Assembly (NCBI GenBank): GCA_964364875.1
Contig: CAYINT010000001.1
Coordinates: 1-38,115, forward strand
Direction of reading: 5' to 3'
Origin: an uncultured Gammaproteobacteria bacterium
GTDB taxonomy: Bacteria > Patescibacteriota > Patescibacteriia > CAZCGY01
Length of the DNA stretch: 38,115 nucleotides
Part shown: in pieces, positions 7,816 to 15,886 of the stretch
Layout: every line of letters begins with the position of its first letter
How positions within the stretch are numbered: the stretch's first letter is position 1
Notes under the pieces: generated by a model
Database searches by the model: none
What the model saw: only the letters and a program-made list of their open reading frames with translations
Told to the model about the DNA's origin: nothing
Made by a program: the position numbers and the translations under genes

Positions 7816-8477
7816 TGCATCCGCGTAGTATTTTCCGATCCGTAAATAGCAGTAAAATCATAGCACGTTCTGGGTGGAAATTACCTTGAATACGTTTGCC
7901 TTTGCTTTCTGCATTTCTTGAGCAGCAGCGAGATGTGTTTTCTCCTGCGCGTCCGTCAGATGCGCGGGAGGTCAGACCCATGAAGAAGAACACAGGCTCA
8001 TTACCCGCGTTGATGCAGCGCATTAGAACCAAGCGCATTGGTTCTCGCATAGTTCGATCGAGTGACCGGGCGGCCCCAGTTCTTCGGAACGCGTTAGGGG
8101 TTTGTTTCATTTGGGCAAGCCGGACGTTTCGCAACCTCCACCATGACTATGGTAAAAAGACAGCGCGGGTGGCGCCACCAGCGCTGCTTCCGGCGTGGTT
8201 CTTGCATTGTCGGACAGTTCGTGGTGTGGTAAACTTGTCGTACCCGTTCTGTCCGACTCCACCTCGACAAGCTTATACCATCTCTCATTAACCCCTTCCT
8301 ACTCGTTCCTACTCGTCAGCCTGAATATCTTGGTTTATCAACGAACATTGCCTGCTGAATGAGTAAGGGTTGTTTGGGAATGGTATTAGGTGTCGCTCAG
8401 GATGTCGCGGAAACTGATCGTACGGGGACGATCCAAATGAACAACACAAAGATTAGTTCCATTATCACTTTTTTGCG

Positions 8478-9503
8478 ATGCGCAAGGTTCTGATCGGAAT
8501 AGTGGTTTTATTTTTGGTCGTGAGCGGGGGCGTGATTGGTTTTTTTCTTCGGCAAGAACAGCCGCGCGAGCAGGTGCTTGGAGAATCTGTCACGAGTCCT
8601 TTTTGGCAAAACACCGTTCTTTTTGTCAGCGAGAACGGAGAACTTTTTTCTTGGGACAAAGAGCATAGTCCGCAGCCAATTGGCGTTCTCGCACGGAAAC
8701 GAGCAGTGACGGCTGCCGTCACGCCGGATCAGCGGCAGGCGGTCATTGTCCTTTCCGAAAACGAAACCTCAACGTTTTGGCTGTACAGCGCAGACCGTCA
8801 GGCTCGGCCGCTTGCCTCGGTGCAGGGAAATGTAAGCCAACTCTCGTTTTCGGAAAGCGGAAAGTTATTGCTTTTTGTACAACAGCGGAAATATGCGCAA
8901 GCACCGGAACTTGACCTTCTTTCTCTTGCCGATGAAAAAATCCAGCGCGTGGCGAATAACGCAGTCTCGGGAATCTGGCTCGCCGATCCCGCAGCGGTGC
9001 TTTCCCGTTTGTCCGACGGCCAGTTGTGGTATCATCAATTCATTGCAAACGGCAGCCTCGATTCAGTATCAATTCCTGTCCTGGCAGCAAGCAATCCGGT
9101 CGCTGCAAACGAAAGCGGCGACATAATCTTTGTAAAAAAATCCGACGAAGGAATGTCGCTCGTCCGGTTCTCGCTGAGCACGAAAGAACGGCAGTTGATT
9201 GTTCCATTGCCTGGAATATCGGCTGATGCGCGCGATATACGTTTGCAGCTTTCGTCTTCGGAGAATGAAGCAATGATCGTCTGGGCCGCACAAAACGGAA
9301 CGCAACAAACATCGTTAGTCCGCATCGATGCAGGAATTGTTGAGACGCTTCCCGTTGCAGCGCAGAAACTTGCCTCGCTTGACGATCAGAGTGTCGTTAT
9401 CGAGCGCACAGAGACCGACGGCGGCGGGATTGCGATTCTCCGTTTGGACAGTGCGCAATACCAAAACATTCCAGAAACACAAAAACTCCATCTTCTTCCA
9501 TGA
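8478..9503 (+). CDS. Membrane-anchored hypothetical protein, probably a beta-propeller (TolB/PD40-like repeats)
   Basis: N-terminal TM helix VLIGIVVLFLVVSGGVIGFFL, then repeated blade-like segments (SENGELFSW, LSENETSTFWLY, FSESGKLLLFV, ESGDIIFVKK, SSENEAMIVW). Confidence 0.55.
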   Translation: MRKVLIGIVVLFLVVSGGVIGFFLRQEQPREQVLGESVTSPFWQNTVLFVSENGELFSWDKEHSPQPIGVLARKRAVTAAVTPDQRQAVIVLSENETSTFWLYSADRQARPLASVQGNVSQLSFSESGKLLLFVQQRKYAQAPELDLLSLADEKIQRVANNAVSGIWLADPAAVLSRLSDGQLWYHQFIANGSLDSVSIPVLAASNPVAANESGDIIFVKKSDEGMSLVRFSLSTKERQLIVPLPGISADARDIRLQLSSSENEAMIVWAAQNGTQQTSLVRIDAGIVETLPVAAQKLASLDDQSVVIERTETDGGGIAILRLDSAQYQNIPETQKLHLLP

Positions 9504-10264
9504 TCATCCTCAAACGAGCGATTCCGTTTCTCTCGAGCATCACGATTCTCATCGCCGGGGAAGTCATGGCTGCGCATGGCGCATCGTTTTGGTACGCGTT
9601 TACCCTGCTTATGCTTGCGCATTGCGCTGCATACGCCTATCTTCTTTCCAACCGCGCTGCAAAACGCGAAGCGCTGTTATTCCTCGCTGTTGCAACGACA
9701 CTGCTTCTATCTGGTTTTTTTCTTGTAGTTTTTCTCAGCGACTGGTGGATGCTGCAGGGAATCGTGATTCTTCTCGCGTTGCTGTATGGTTGGTACACCG
9801 AGAACATTTTTCATTATCTCTATCAGCAAGCGCGGTATCAGCCGTACGCGCTTGAACATATTTCTTCGTATCTCAATATTCTCAGTTTCTTTCTTTTTTT
9901 CTGCGGGTTGTTTGCATCACGCGTTTTTCTTGCGATAAACCTGGCGGTGCTCATGACTATCGGCGCGTTTGCTATTATTCTCTTGACCTTGCTTATGAGT
10001 TGGGGAAATAAGTTGCAGACTCCCGATGCAGGCGTACTCAATCTTGTTCATTTGTTTATTATGATCGAGCTGCTGGGCGTTGTCAGTTTGCTTCCAACAA
10101 GTTTCTTCGTGTCCTCGCTCCTGTTAACTGTGCCGTACTATCTCATGGCAAACCTCATCCGGCATTCGGTTCGAGGCACATTACAACGAGCCGTTGTTTA
10201 TCGTTACACCGCAGTCAGCCTTTCAGCCTTTCTTATCACCATTCTTACCGCGCCATGGAGTTAG
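9500..10264 (+). CDS. Polytopic integral membrane protein, function unknown
   Basis: 254 aa, almost entirely hydrophobic helices. ATGA overlap with the upstream gene at 9500-9503. Confidence 0.65.
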   Translation: MIILKRAIPFLSSITILIAGEVMAAHGASFWYAFTLLMLAHCAAYAYLLSNRAAKREALLFLAVATTLLLSGFFLVVFLSDWWMLQGIVILLALLYGWYTENIFHYLYQQARYQPYALEHISSYLNILSFFLFFCGLFASRVFLAINLAVLMTIGAFAIILLTLLMSWGNKLQTPDAGVLNLVHLFIMIELLGVVSLLPTSFFVSSLLLTVPYYLMANLIRHSVRGTLQRAVVYRYTAVSLSAFLITILTAPWS

Positions 10265-10294
10265 CAGGGCTCGAAGGAAAAACCTCCTCGCTTC

Positions 10295-11557
10295 ATGGGC
10301 ATATATGACCATGCTATGAAAGTACAACCAACACCTACATCGCCAAAAGTTCGTTCCTCAGAAAACGTACAGGCATTGGAACAATTATATAAAGACGAAG
10401 GTTTGCAGCAATTACAACAACCGACTGCGCGAAAAAAAAGCGTTTCGCTGCTGACGGTTATCCTCTCTGTTTTTCTTGGGTTTGCTTCCGGCATGCTTGG
10501 AGCACTGGTAATTTCGGTATACCCCGCCAGCGATTCCTTGTGGGTCAATCGTCTTTTTGGAACAGATTTTGTCCAGAATGTGCCGGTATCCCAAACACGG
10601 CATCAGCCGAAAACGACGGTTGTCAAGCAGGTAAGCGACGCGGGTAAATCCCTCTTAGCAATCTACGCAGCGCGATCTGGCGCATCGCTGCTGCAAACAA
10701 CCTACTTTGCGGAGGACCAGATCGGTTCAGCGCTGCTCTTTACTGACGATGGCTGGGCTGTGACTGTACGATCGGTTCTCCGTGATGATGGCCAGTATGT
10801 CGGCATCACAAGCGACCGCAAAGTGCTGCAGGTGAAGACCGTGATCCGGGATCCCGCATCAGATCTAGCCTTTTTCCGGATTGATGGGGCGCATTACACG
10901 CCAGCGCCTCTCGATGGTAAAGGGGACATTTCCCAATTTGATCCCTACTATGCAATTGCCGGGAACGGCATGCAGCAATTGGCGCGCGTTGAGCCGGTGA
11001 CTTTTGAAGAGCTTCACGCGCGTTTAGGTCCGGGGCTTGAATCGAGCGACATGATTACATCGGGCTACAAAGCAAGCGCTGTTCTCGCAAAAAGTTTTCT
11101 CGGAGGGGCAGTCATCGATCGGAGTGGAGTGTGGATCGGTATTATTCAATCCTCTGATGCCGGTGTAACATCTGTGCTGCCCGTGTCCGCGATCCGTCAA
11201 GCGCTGAGTGGCGTTTTGCGGGAACAGGTGATCAGCCGGCCGGCGCTAGGCGCGCATTACATTGATCTAGCGCGGGGTTCGGGTATTTCGGAATCGTTGC
11301 GGAAGCGCCGGACAAATGGCGCGTATCTCTTTGGAACAACGGGTGATCCGGCCGTGCTTCCCCGTTCTGCAGCCGCCGCTGCGGGCTTGCGGTCCGGTGA
11401 TGTGATTATAAAAGTTAATGGCCAGCTTCTGACGGAAACGCTCGGGCTGAGCGACGCATTGCAATCGTTTGCTGCGCGGCAAAGCATTGAGATAACATAC
11501 GTGCGCGATGGAACGGAAAAAACTGTTACGGTGGTTCTTGATGAAGTTACATCATAA
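10295..11557 (+). CDS. HtrA/DegP-like trypsin-fold protein with C-terminal PDZ domain, apparently catalytically inactive
   Basis: TM anchor at aa 50-75. HtrA-like blocks GSALLFTDDGWAVT, DPASDLAFFRI and GGAVIDRSGVWIGII. PDZ block GLRSGDVIIKVNG. The expected His aligns to S160 and the expected Ser (GNSGG) aligns to L269. Confidence 0.7.
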   Translation: MGIYDHAMKVQPTPTSPKVRSSENVQALEQLYKDEGLQQLQQPTARKKSVSLLTVILSVFLGFASGMLGALVISVYPASDSLWVNRLFGTDFVQNVPVSQTRHQPKTTVVKQVSDAGKSLLAIYAARSGASLLQTTYFAEDQIGSALLFTDDGWAVTVRSVLRDDGQYVGITSDRKVLQVKTVIRDPASDLAFFRIDGAHYTPAPLDGKGDISQFDPYYAIAGNGMQQLARVEPVTFEELHARLGPGLESSDMITSGYKASAVLAKSFLGGAVIDRSGVWIGIIQSSDAGVTSVLPVSAIRQALSGVLREQVISRPALGAHYIDLARGSGISESLRKRRTNGAYLFGTTGDPAVLPRSAAAAAGLRSGDVIIKVNGQLLTETLGLSDALQSFAARQSIEITYVRDGTEKTVTVVLDEVTS

Positions 11558-11563
11558 GGCTTT

Positions 11564-12001
11564 ATGGAAGCGTTACGACTGAAAATCTTACAATTTTCTT
11601 TTTTCCGGTATGCGACAACTCGGCAGCTGACAAAGTTTGCCATTGTCGGTTGTGCAAACACCATCGTTGATTTCTCCGTCTACATTCTTTTAACCCGGGG
11701 CTGGCTGGGGTTTCATCTGCATTTTCTCATTGGCAATCTCATTGCGTTTTTTGCATCTGTCGTCAACAGCTATTTTCTTAACAAACGCTGGACTTTTCGC
11801 AATCTTGACACGCGGCACCATATCCAGTTTGCAAAATTTTTCCTTGTCAATACAATCACGCTCAGCCTCTACGAAATATTACTCTTTCTTTTTATTGACC
11901 GATTCCACCTTTTTGACCTTACGGCAAAGCTCATCGCCGTGGCTATTGTAACAGCCTGGAATTTTAGCGCCAATAAATTTTGGACCTTCCGAAACGGCTA
12001 A
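11564..12001 (+). CDS. GtrA family membrane protein (putative lipid-linked sugar translocation component)
   Basis: 145 aa with four helices. FAIVGCANTIVDFSVYILL, NKRWTFRN and ANKFWTFRN are characteristic of GtrA-like proteins. Confidence 0.85.
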   Translation: MEALRLKILQFSFFRYATTRQLTKFAIVGCANTIVDFSVYILLTRGWLGFHLHFLIGNLIAFFASVVNSYFLNKRWTFRNLDTRHHIQFAKFFLVNTITLSLYEILLFLFIDRFHLFDLTAKLIAVAIVTAWNFSANKFWTFRNG

Positions 12002-12077
12002 ACAAGCAAGATTGGCGTCAGCCATACGAAACTTGCGCAATAGGTGGAATTGTGGTATGTTAGTAAACACATGACTT

Positions 12078-12812
12078 ATGGAGCAGCCACACCTGTCTCT
12101 GGTAATTCCTGCATTTCGCGAAGAACTGCGGCTGGAAGTATCCCTGAGAGCGATTACCGCGTTTTTGCGAAAACAGCCCTGGTCATGGGAGATCATTCTT
12201 GTTGATGATGGCAGCACGGACAGCACAATGTCCATTGCGCAGCGCTTTCAAGAGTCCGAAGAGCCTCGCATGCGGCTTCTGCACCACTCCGTGAACCAAG
12301 GGAAAGGCGCTGCGGTGCGGACCGGCATGATGGCAGCACGGGGCGCGTTTGCCATTTTTACCGACGCAGATAATGCGACGCCGATTGAAGAGCTTCCTAA
12401 GCTTCTTGCGGCAGCCGAAAACGGAGCAGACGTCGTGATTGGTTCCCGCTATCTGCACGGCAGCGAGATCGTCGGCGGCCGAAGCGTCATCCGCCAGCTG
12501 ATGAGCAGGCTTGGCAATTTCCTGTTTCGCGCGTTGCTCGGCCTGCGATTATCGGATACGCGCTGTGGGTTCAAGCTCTTCAGCGCGCATGCGCGTTTAC
12601 GCATCTTCCCGCGGCAGACATTATTGCGCTGGGGGTTTGACACCGAACTGTTGCTGATTGCGCAGCGGCAGGGGATACGCGTCGTAGAAGTGCCGGTGAC
12701 CTGGTATGACCGAGAACGGGGCCATATCCATCCGGTGCGCGACACAGTGCGTTCCTTCAGCGAGCTTCTCCATATGGTTCGGTTGCTTTGGAAGGGGAAC
12801 TATGATCAATAG
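12078..12812 (+). CDS. GT2 polyprenyl-phosphate glycosyltransferase (dolichyl-phosphate beta-glucosyltransferase/ALG5-like)
   Basis: LSLVIPAFREE, ILVDDGSTDST, NQGKGAAVRTG, FTDADNATP and SDTRCGFKLF motifs. Confidence 0.85.
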   Translation: MEQPHLSLVIPAFREELRLEVSLRAITAFLRKQPWSWEIILVDDGSTDSTMSIAQRFQESEEPRMRLLHHSVNQGKGAAVRTGMMAARGAFAIFTDADNATPIEELPKLLAAAENGADVVIGSRYLHGSEIVGGRSVIRQLMSRLGNFLFRALLGLRLSDTRCGFKLFSAHARLRIFPRQTLLRWGFDTELLLIAQRQGIRVVEVPVTWYDRERGHIHPVRDTVRSFSELLHMVRLLWKGNYDQ

Positions 12813-12894
12813 GATGGAAACAACCACTCCGTACGAAAGAAGAACAGCATTGTTGCCCCGCACCAACGCGCGCTACTCTTTCTGGTAAAAACGT

Positions 12895-13926
12895 ATGTCT
12901 GTACAAAGTCAACCTGTCTTTGAAAAAAAGAATATCATCGTGGCGGGTGGTGCGGGGTTTATCGGTTCCCATCTGTGCGATGAGTTGATCAAAAAAGCAA
13001 AGGTTATTTGCATTGATAATTTTATTACCGGCAGCGAAGAAAACATCCATCATCTGTTTTCGAATCCCGATTTCAAGTTTATCCGATACGACGTCACGCA
13101 GCCGATCAATCTTGACGCCTTCCCCGAGTTGAAACCGTTCCGAATTTCGTTTCAAGGTATTCAGGAAGTCTACAATCTTGCCGCGCCGACCTCCCCCAAA
13201 GAATATGAACAGCACGGCGTTGAGACGGTTCTTGCGAATGCGCTGGGCACAAAAAACGTTCTTGATCTTGCAGTCAATGCCAAAGCGAAATTCATCCATC
13301 TTTCCTCCTCGGCAGTCTATGGAGAACCGCCGGACAATAATCCGCTTCCGGAAAATTACTGGGGATTTGTCAATCCGATCGGCCCGCGGTCAAGCTATGC
13401 CGAGGGGAAACGCTTTGCCGAATGCATGATCGTGAATTTCCGAAAACGTTTTCAGCTCGACGCAAAAATTATTCGCGTCTTCAACACATACGGCCCGCGC
13501 ATGAGACTTGCCGACGGTAGGATGATACCGGATTTCGTCAGCGACGCGCTGGAAGGGAAGGATCTCACGATTTACGGCGATCCAAAATCCGTGAGCACGT
13601 TCAATTACGTTTCCGATCTTATCGAAGGCGTTTTCAAGATGGCCGAATCCGCAGAACTCGGACCGATGAATATCGGCAACCCAAAGCCGACGGCAATGCA
13701 GCAGGTGGCGGAGATTGTGATTCGCGAAGTCGGAGGACGTTCCCGCATTACGTATCATGATGCGCTTCCATACACGGCGCGACAAGGGGTAGCCGACATT
13801 CGTCACGCGAAAGAGAAACTTGGATGGTTTCCCGTTGTTCCGCTTGAAGAAGGATTGCGAAGAACAATTGATTACATGAAGGGAAGCCGTATTATGCGGC
13901 TTGAACCGGGAGCGTTCAAAACATGA
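12895..13926 (+). CDS. UDP-glucuronate decarboxylase (UDP-xylose synthase family SDR)
   Basis: Near full-length similarity to UXS by eye: GGAGFIGSHL, IDNFITG, YWGFVNPIGPRSSYAEGKRFAE, RVFNTYGPRM..DGRMIPDF, YVSDLIEG, LGWFPVVPLEEGL. Confidence 0.85.
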   Translation: MSVQSQPVFEKKNIIVAGGAGFIGSHLCDELIKKAKVICIDNFITGSEENIHHLFSNPDFKFIRYDVTQPINLDAFPELKPFRISFQGIQEVYNLAAPTSPKEYEQHGVETVLANALGTKNVLDLAVNAKAKFIHLSSSAVYGEPPDNNPLPENYWGFVNPIGPRSSYAEGKRFAECMIVNFRKRFQLDAKIIRVFNTYGPRMRLADGRMIPDFVSDALEGKDLTIYGDPKSVSTFNYVSDLIEGVFKMAESAELGPMNIGNPKPTAMQQVAEIVIREVGGRSRITYHDALPYTARQGVADIRHAKEKLGWFPVVPLEEGLRRTIDYMKGSRIMRLEPGAFKT

Positions 13927-14849
13927 GGACTGCGCTTGTGACTGGTGGTGCTGGATTTATCGGCAGCCATTTGGTTGATGCACTTATTAGCAAGAGCTGG
14001 AAGGTCCTCGTTCTCGACGATCTCTCTGCAGGAAAGCGTGAGTATGTGAATGCAGCCGCGCGGCTTGACGTTCTTGATATACTTGATGAACGTGTTGATG
14101 CGTTGTTTGCGAAGGCAAAGCCGGAAGTAGTTTTTCATCTTTCTGCGCAAAAAAGCGTCACGGTGTCAGTGCGAGAACCGCTCAAAGATGCCCGAAGCAA
14201 CATTCTTGGCAGCCTGAATCTCCTCCAGGCAAGCGTGAAGAACGGCGCGAAAAAGTTCATTTTCTCTTCAACAGGCGGTGCAATCTATGACGAGCACAGT
14301 GCCTTGCCTGCAACAGAGGAAAACCGTGAACTCCCGCTTTCACCCTATGGCATCGGAAAGCTCTCGATTGATCACTACCTGCGATTCTACAAAGCGTGCT
14401 ATAGTCTATCCTGCGTTTCTCTTCGGTATGCAAACGTGTATGGGCCGCGTCAGGATCCGCATGGCGAAGCAGGGGTCGTGGCTATCTTCTGCTCCAAGCT
14501 CCTGCGTGGAGAGACGCCGACGATTAACGGCACAGGAGAGCAGACGAGAGACTTTGTCTATATTGATGACGTGGTGAAGGCAAACCTCCTGGCAGCGGAA
14601 CACGACCAGGAGGGAATCTTCAATATCGGTACCACGAAGGAGATTTCCGTCAATGACCTGTATCGTTCCATCGTCCGTATTGGTGGATTCGCAGCGCAAG
14701 AACAGCATGGTCCGGCAAAAGACGGGGAGATGTTACGGAGTTCGCTGAATGCGGACAAGGCCGAGCGAATACTTGGCTGGAAGCCAAAATACACCCTTGC
14801 AGACGGGCTAGCGGAGACATTGACATGGTTTCGGGAACATACAATATGA
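13923..14849 (+). CDS. NAD-dependent nucleotide-sugar 4-epimerase family protein (GalE-like SDR)
   Basis: VTGGAGFIGSHLVDAL, SPYGIGKLSIDHY (YxxxK) and RYANVYGPRQDP. ATGA overlap with the UXS gene at 13923-13926. Confidence 0.8.
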   Translation: MRTALVTGGAGFIGSHLVDALISKSWKVLVLDDLSAGKREYVNAAARLDVLDILDERVDALFAKAKPEVVFHLSAQKSVTVSVREPLKDARSNILGSLNLLQASVKNGAKKFIFSSTGGAIYDEHSALPATEENRELPLSPYGIGKLSIDHYLRFYKACYSLSCVSLRYANVYGPRQDPHGEAGVVAIFCSKLLRGETPTINGTGEQTRDFVYIDDVVKANLLAAEHDQEGIFNIGTTKEISVNDLYRSIVRIGGFAAQEQHGPAKDGEMLRSSLNADKAERILGWKPKYTLADGLAETLTWFREHTI

Positions 14850-15505
14850 AAACCGCGGCAATTATTCCAGCGCTGAATGAGTACCAACATCTTTCTGCTG
14901 TTGTGGAACAGGCCGCACGATATGTTGATAACGTGATTGTCGTCGATGATGGTTCTCGGCAGCCGTTGGAAAACTTTCTGCCGAACCACCAATATCTCCA
15001 CGTTCTCCGTCACAGGATAAATCTTGGAAAAGGTGCTGCGCTCAAAACGGGCGTGCAGTATGCAGCGGTATTGGGGGTTGCAATTGTGGTATTTTTAGAT
15101 GCCGATGGACAACATGATGCATCTGAAATTCCCAAGATACTCGCACCACTTCTTGAAGGACGCAGTGATGTTGTTTTCGGCGTACGTAAATTTCATGGTA
15201 CAATGCCGCTTACTGCGAAGATCGGCAACGTATTTCTTACTCTGTCATTGCAAGTTCTGTATGGTGTTACCGTTTCCGACACGCAGTCAGGATACCGTGC
15301 ATTTCGCATGGCAGTCTATCCGAGCTTACAATGGGAATCGGCCCGCTACTCTGTTGAAACGGAAATGATTGTGAATGCAGGCAAGGCGCACCTTTCCTTT
15401 ACCGAGGTTCCCATTACAACGATCTATCTGGACAAATATCGAGGGACAACATTCATTGACGGGATACGAATTTTTCTTAACATGCTTCTGTGGAGATTCC
15501 TATGA
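14846..15505 (+). CDS. GT2 polyprenyl-phosphate glycosyltransferase (DPM1/GtrB/ArnC-like)
   Basis: AAIIPALNE, VIVVDDGS, NLGKGAALKTG, LDADGQHD and SDTQSGYRAF. The ATG at 14846 overlaps the upstream stop (ATGA). Confidence 0.85.
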   Translation: MKTAAIIPALNEYQHLSAVVEQAARYVDNVIVVDDGSRQPLENFLPNHQYLHVLRHRINLGKGAALKTGVQYAAVLGVAIVVFLDADGQHDASEIPKILAPLLEGRSDVVFGVRKFHGTMPLTAKIGNVFLTLSLQVLYGVTVSDTQSGYRAFRMAVYPSLQWESARYSVETEMIVNAGKAHLSFTEVPITTIYLDKYRGTTFIDGIRIFLNMLLWRFL

Positions 15506-15870
15506 TCGGCATACAATTCATTGCGATATTGTTTGCGCTCTGGATGACGTATTTCAGCTACCTGCATTTTCGGCGCAAGGAGTTTACGATTGTTGAATTC
15601 TCTCTCTGGCAGATTCTATGGATAGGGCTGGTTATTGTTGTCATTTTTCCGCAAAGCGTCAGTTTCATTCTCCGCTCCTTCAGTATCAGCAGAACGTTTG
15701 ACCTGGTCGTTATTGTCGGTATGGTCATTCTTTTTGCTATTACCTTCCGAAACCTCGTGCTGCTGAAACGCCTCAACCGCCGGCTCGAGGACTTGGTACG
15801 GGCGAGTACGCTGAAACCAACGCTTTTAGACAATACTTCAGATGCCGCAGAAGAGCAACCCCGTGCCTGA
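15502..15870 (+). CDS. DUF2304-like small membrane protein (GT2 partner)
   Basis: About 122 aa with three or four helices and a charged tail (LLKRLNRRLEDLVRA). The layout and sequence resemble the DUF2304 family, which is usually found beside DPM1-like GT2 genes. ATGA overlap at 15502-15505. Confidence 0.7.
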   Translation: MIGIQFIAILFALWMTYFSYLHFRRKEFTIVEFSLWQILWIGLVIVVIFPQSVSFILRSFSISRTFDLVVIVGMVILFAITFRNLVLLKRLNRRLEDLVRASTLKPTLLDNTSDAAEEQPRA

Positions 15871-15886
15871 ATATCCGGACGAACGC

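Noticed and set aside
8046-8062. GTTCGATCG string resembling a tRNA T-loop
   Set aside because: The flanking bases do not form a 5-bp T-stem, and no acceptor, D or anticodon arms can be drawn. I found no tRNA anywhere in the window.
7763-8291. Full-length 123-aa minus-strand ORF (7763-8134) and 131-aa plus-strand ORF (7896-8291) as protein genes
   Set aside because: Neither resembles a known family, and both are Arg-rich. The minus ORF runs through the plus-strand terminator hairpin. Only the internal start at 7980, preceded by GGGAGG, is kept as a low-probability alternative in the findings.
7816-8477. Identity of the gap as RNase P RNA or tmRNA
   Set aside because: The minus strand has GAAACGTCCGGCTT, slightly like the RNase P GGAAAGTCCGGGC block, and ACAGAACGGG, slightly like ACAGAACCCGG. 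However, they occur in the wrong 5'-to-3' order and cannot form the P4 helix. A TCCACC string near 8258 is not preceded by a 7-nt T-loop arm and has no complementary GGGG 5' end, so the region is not tmRNA-like.
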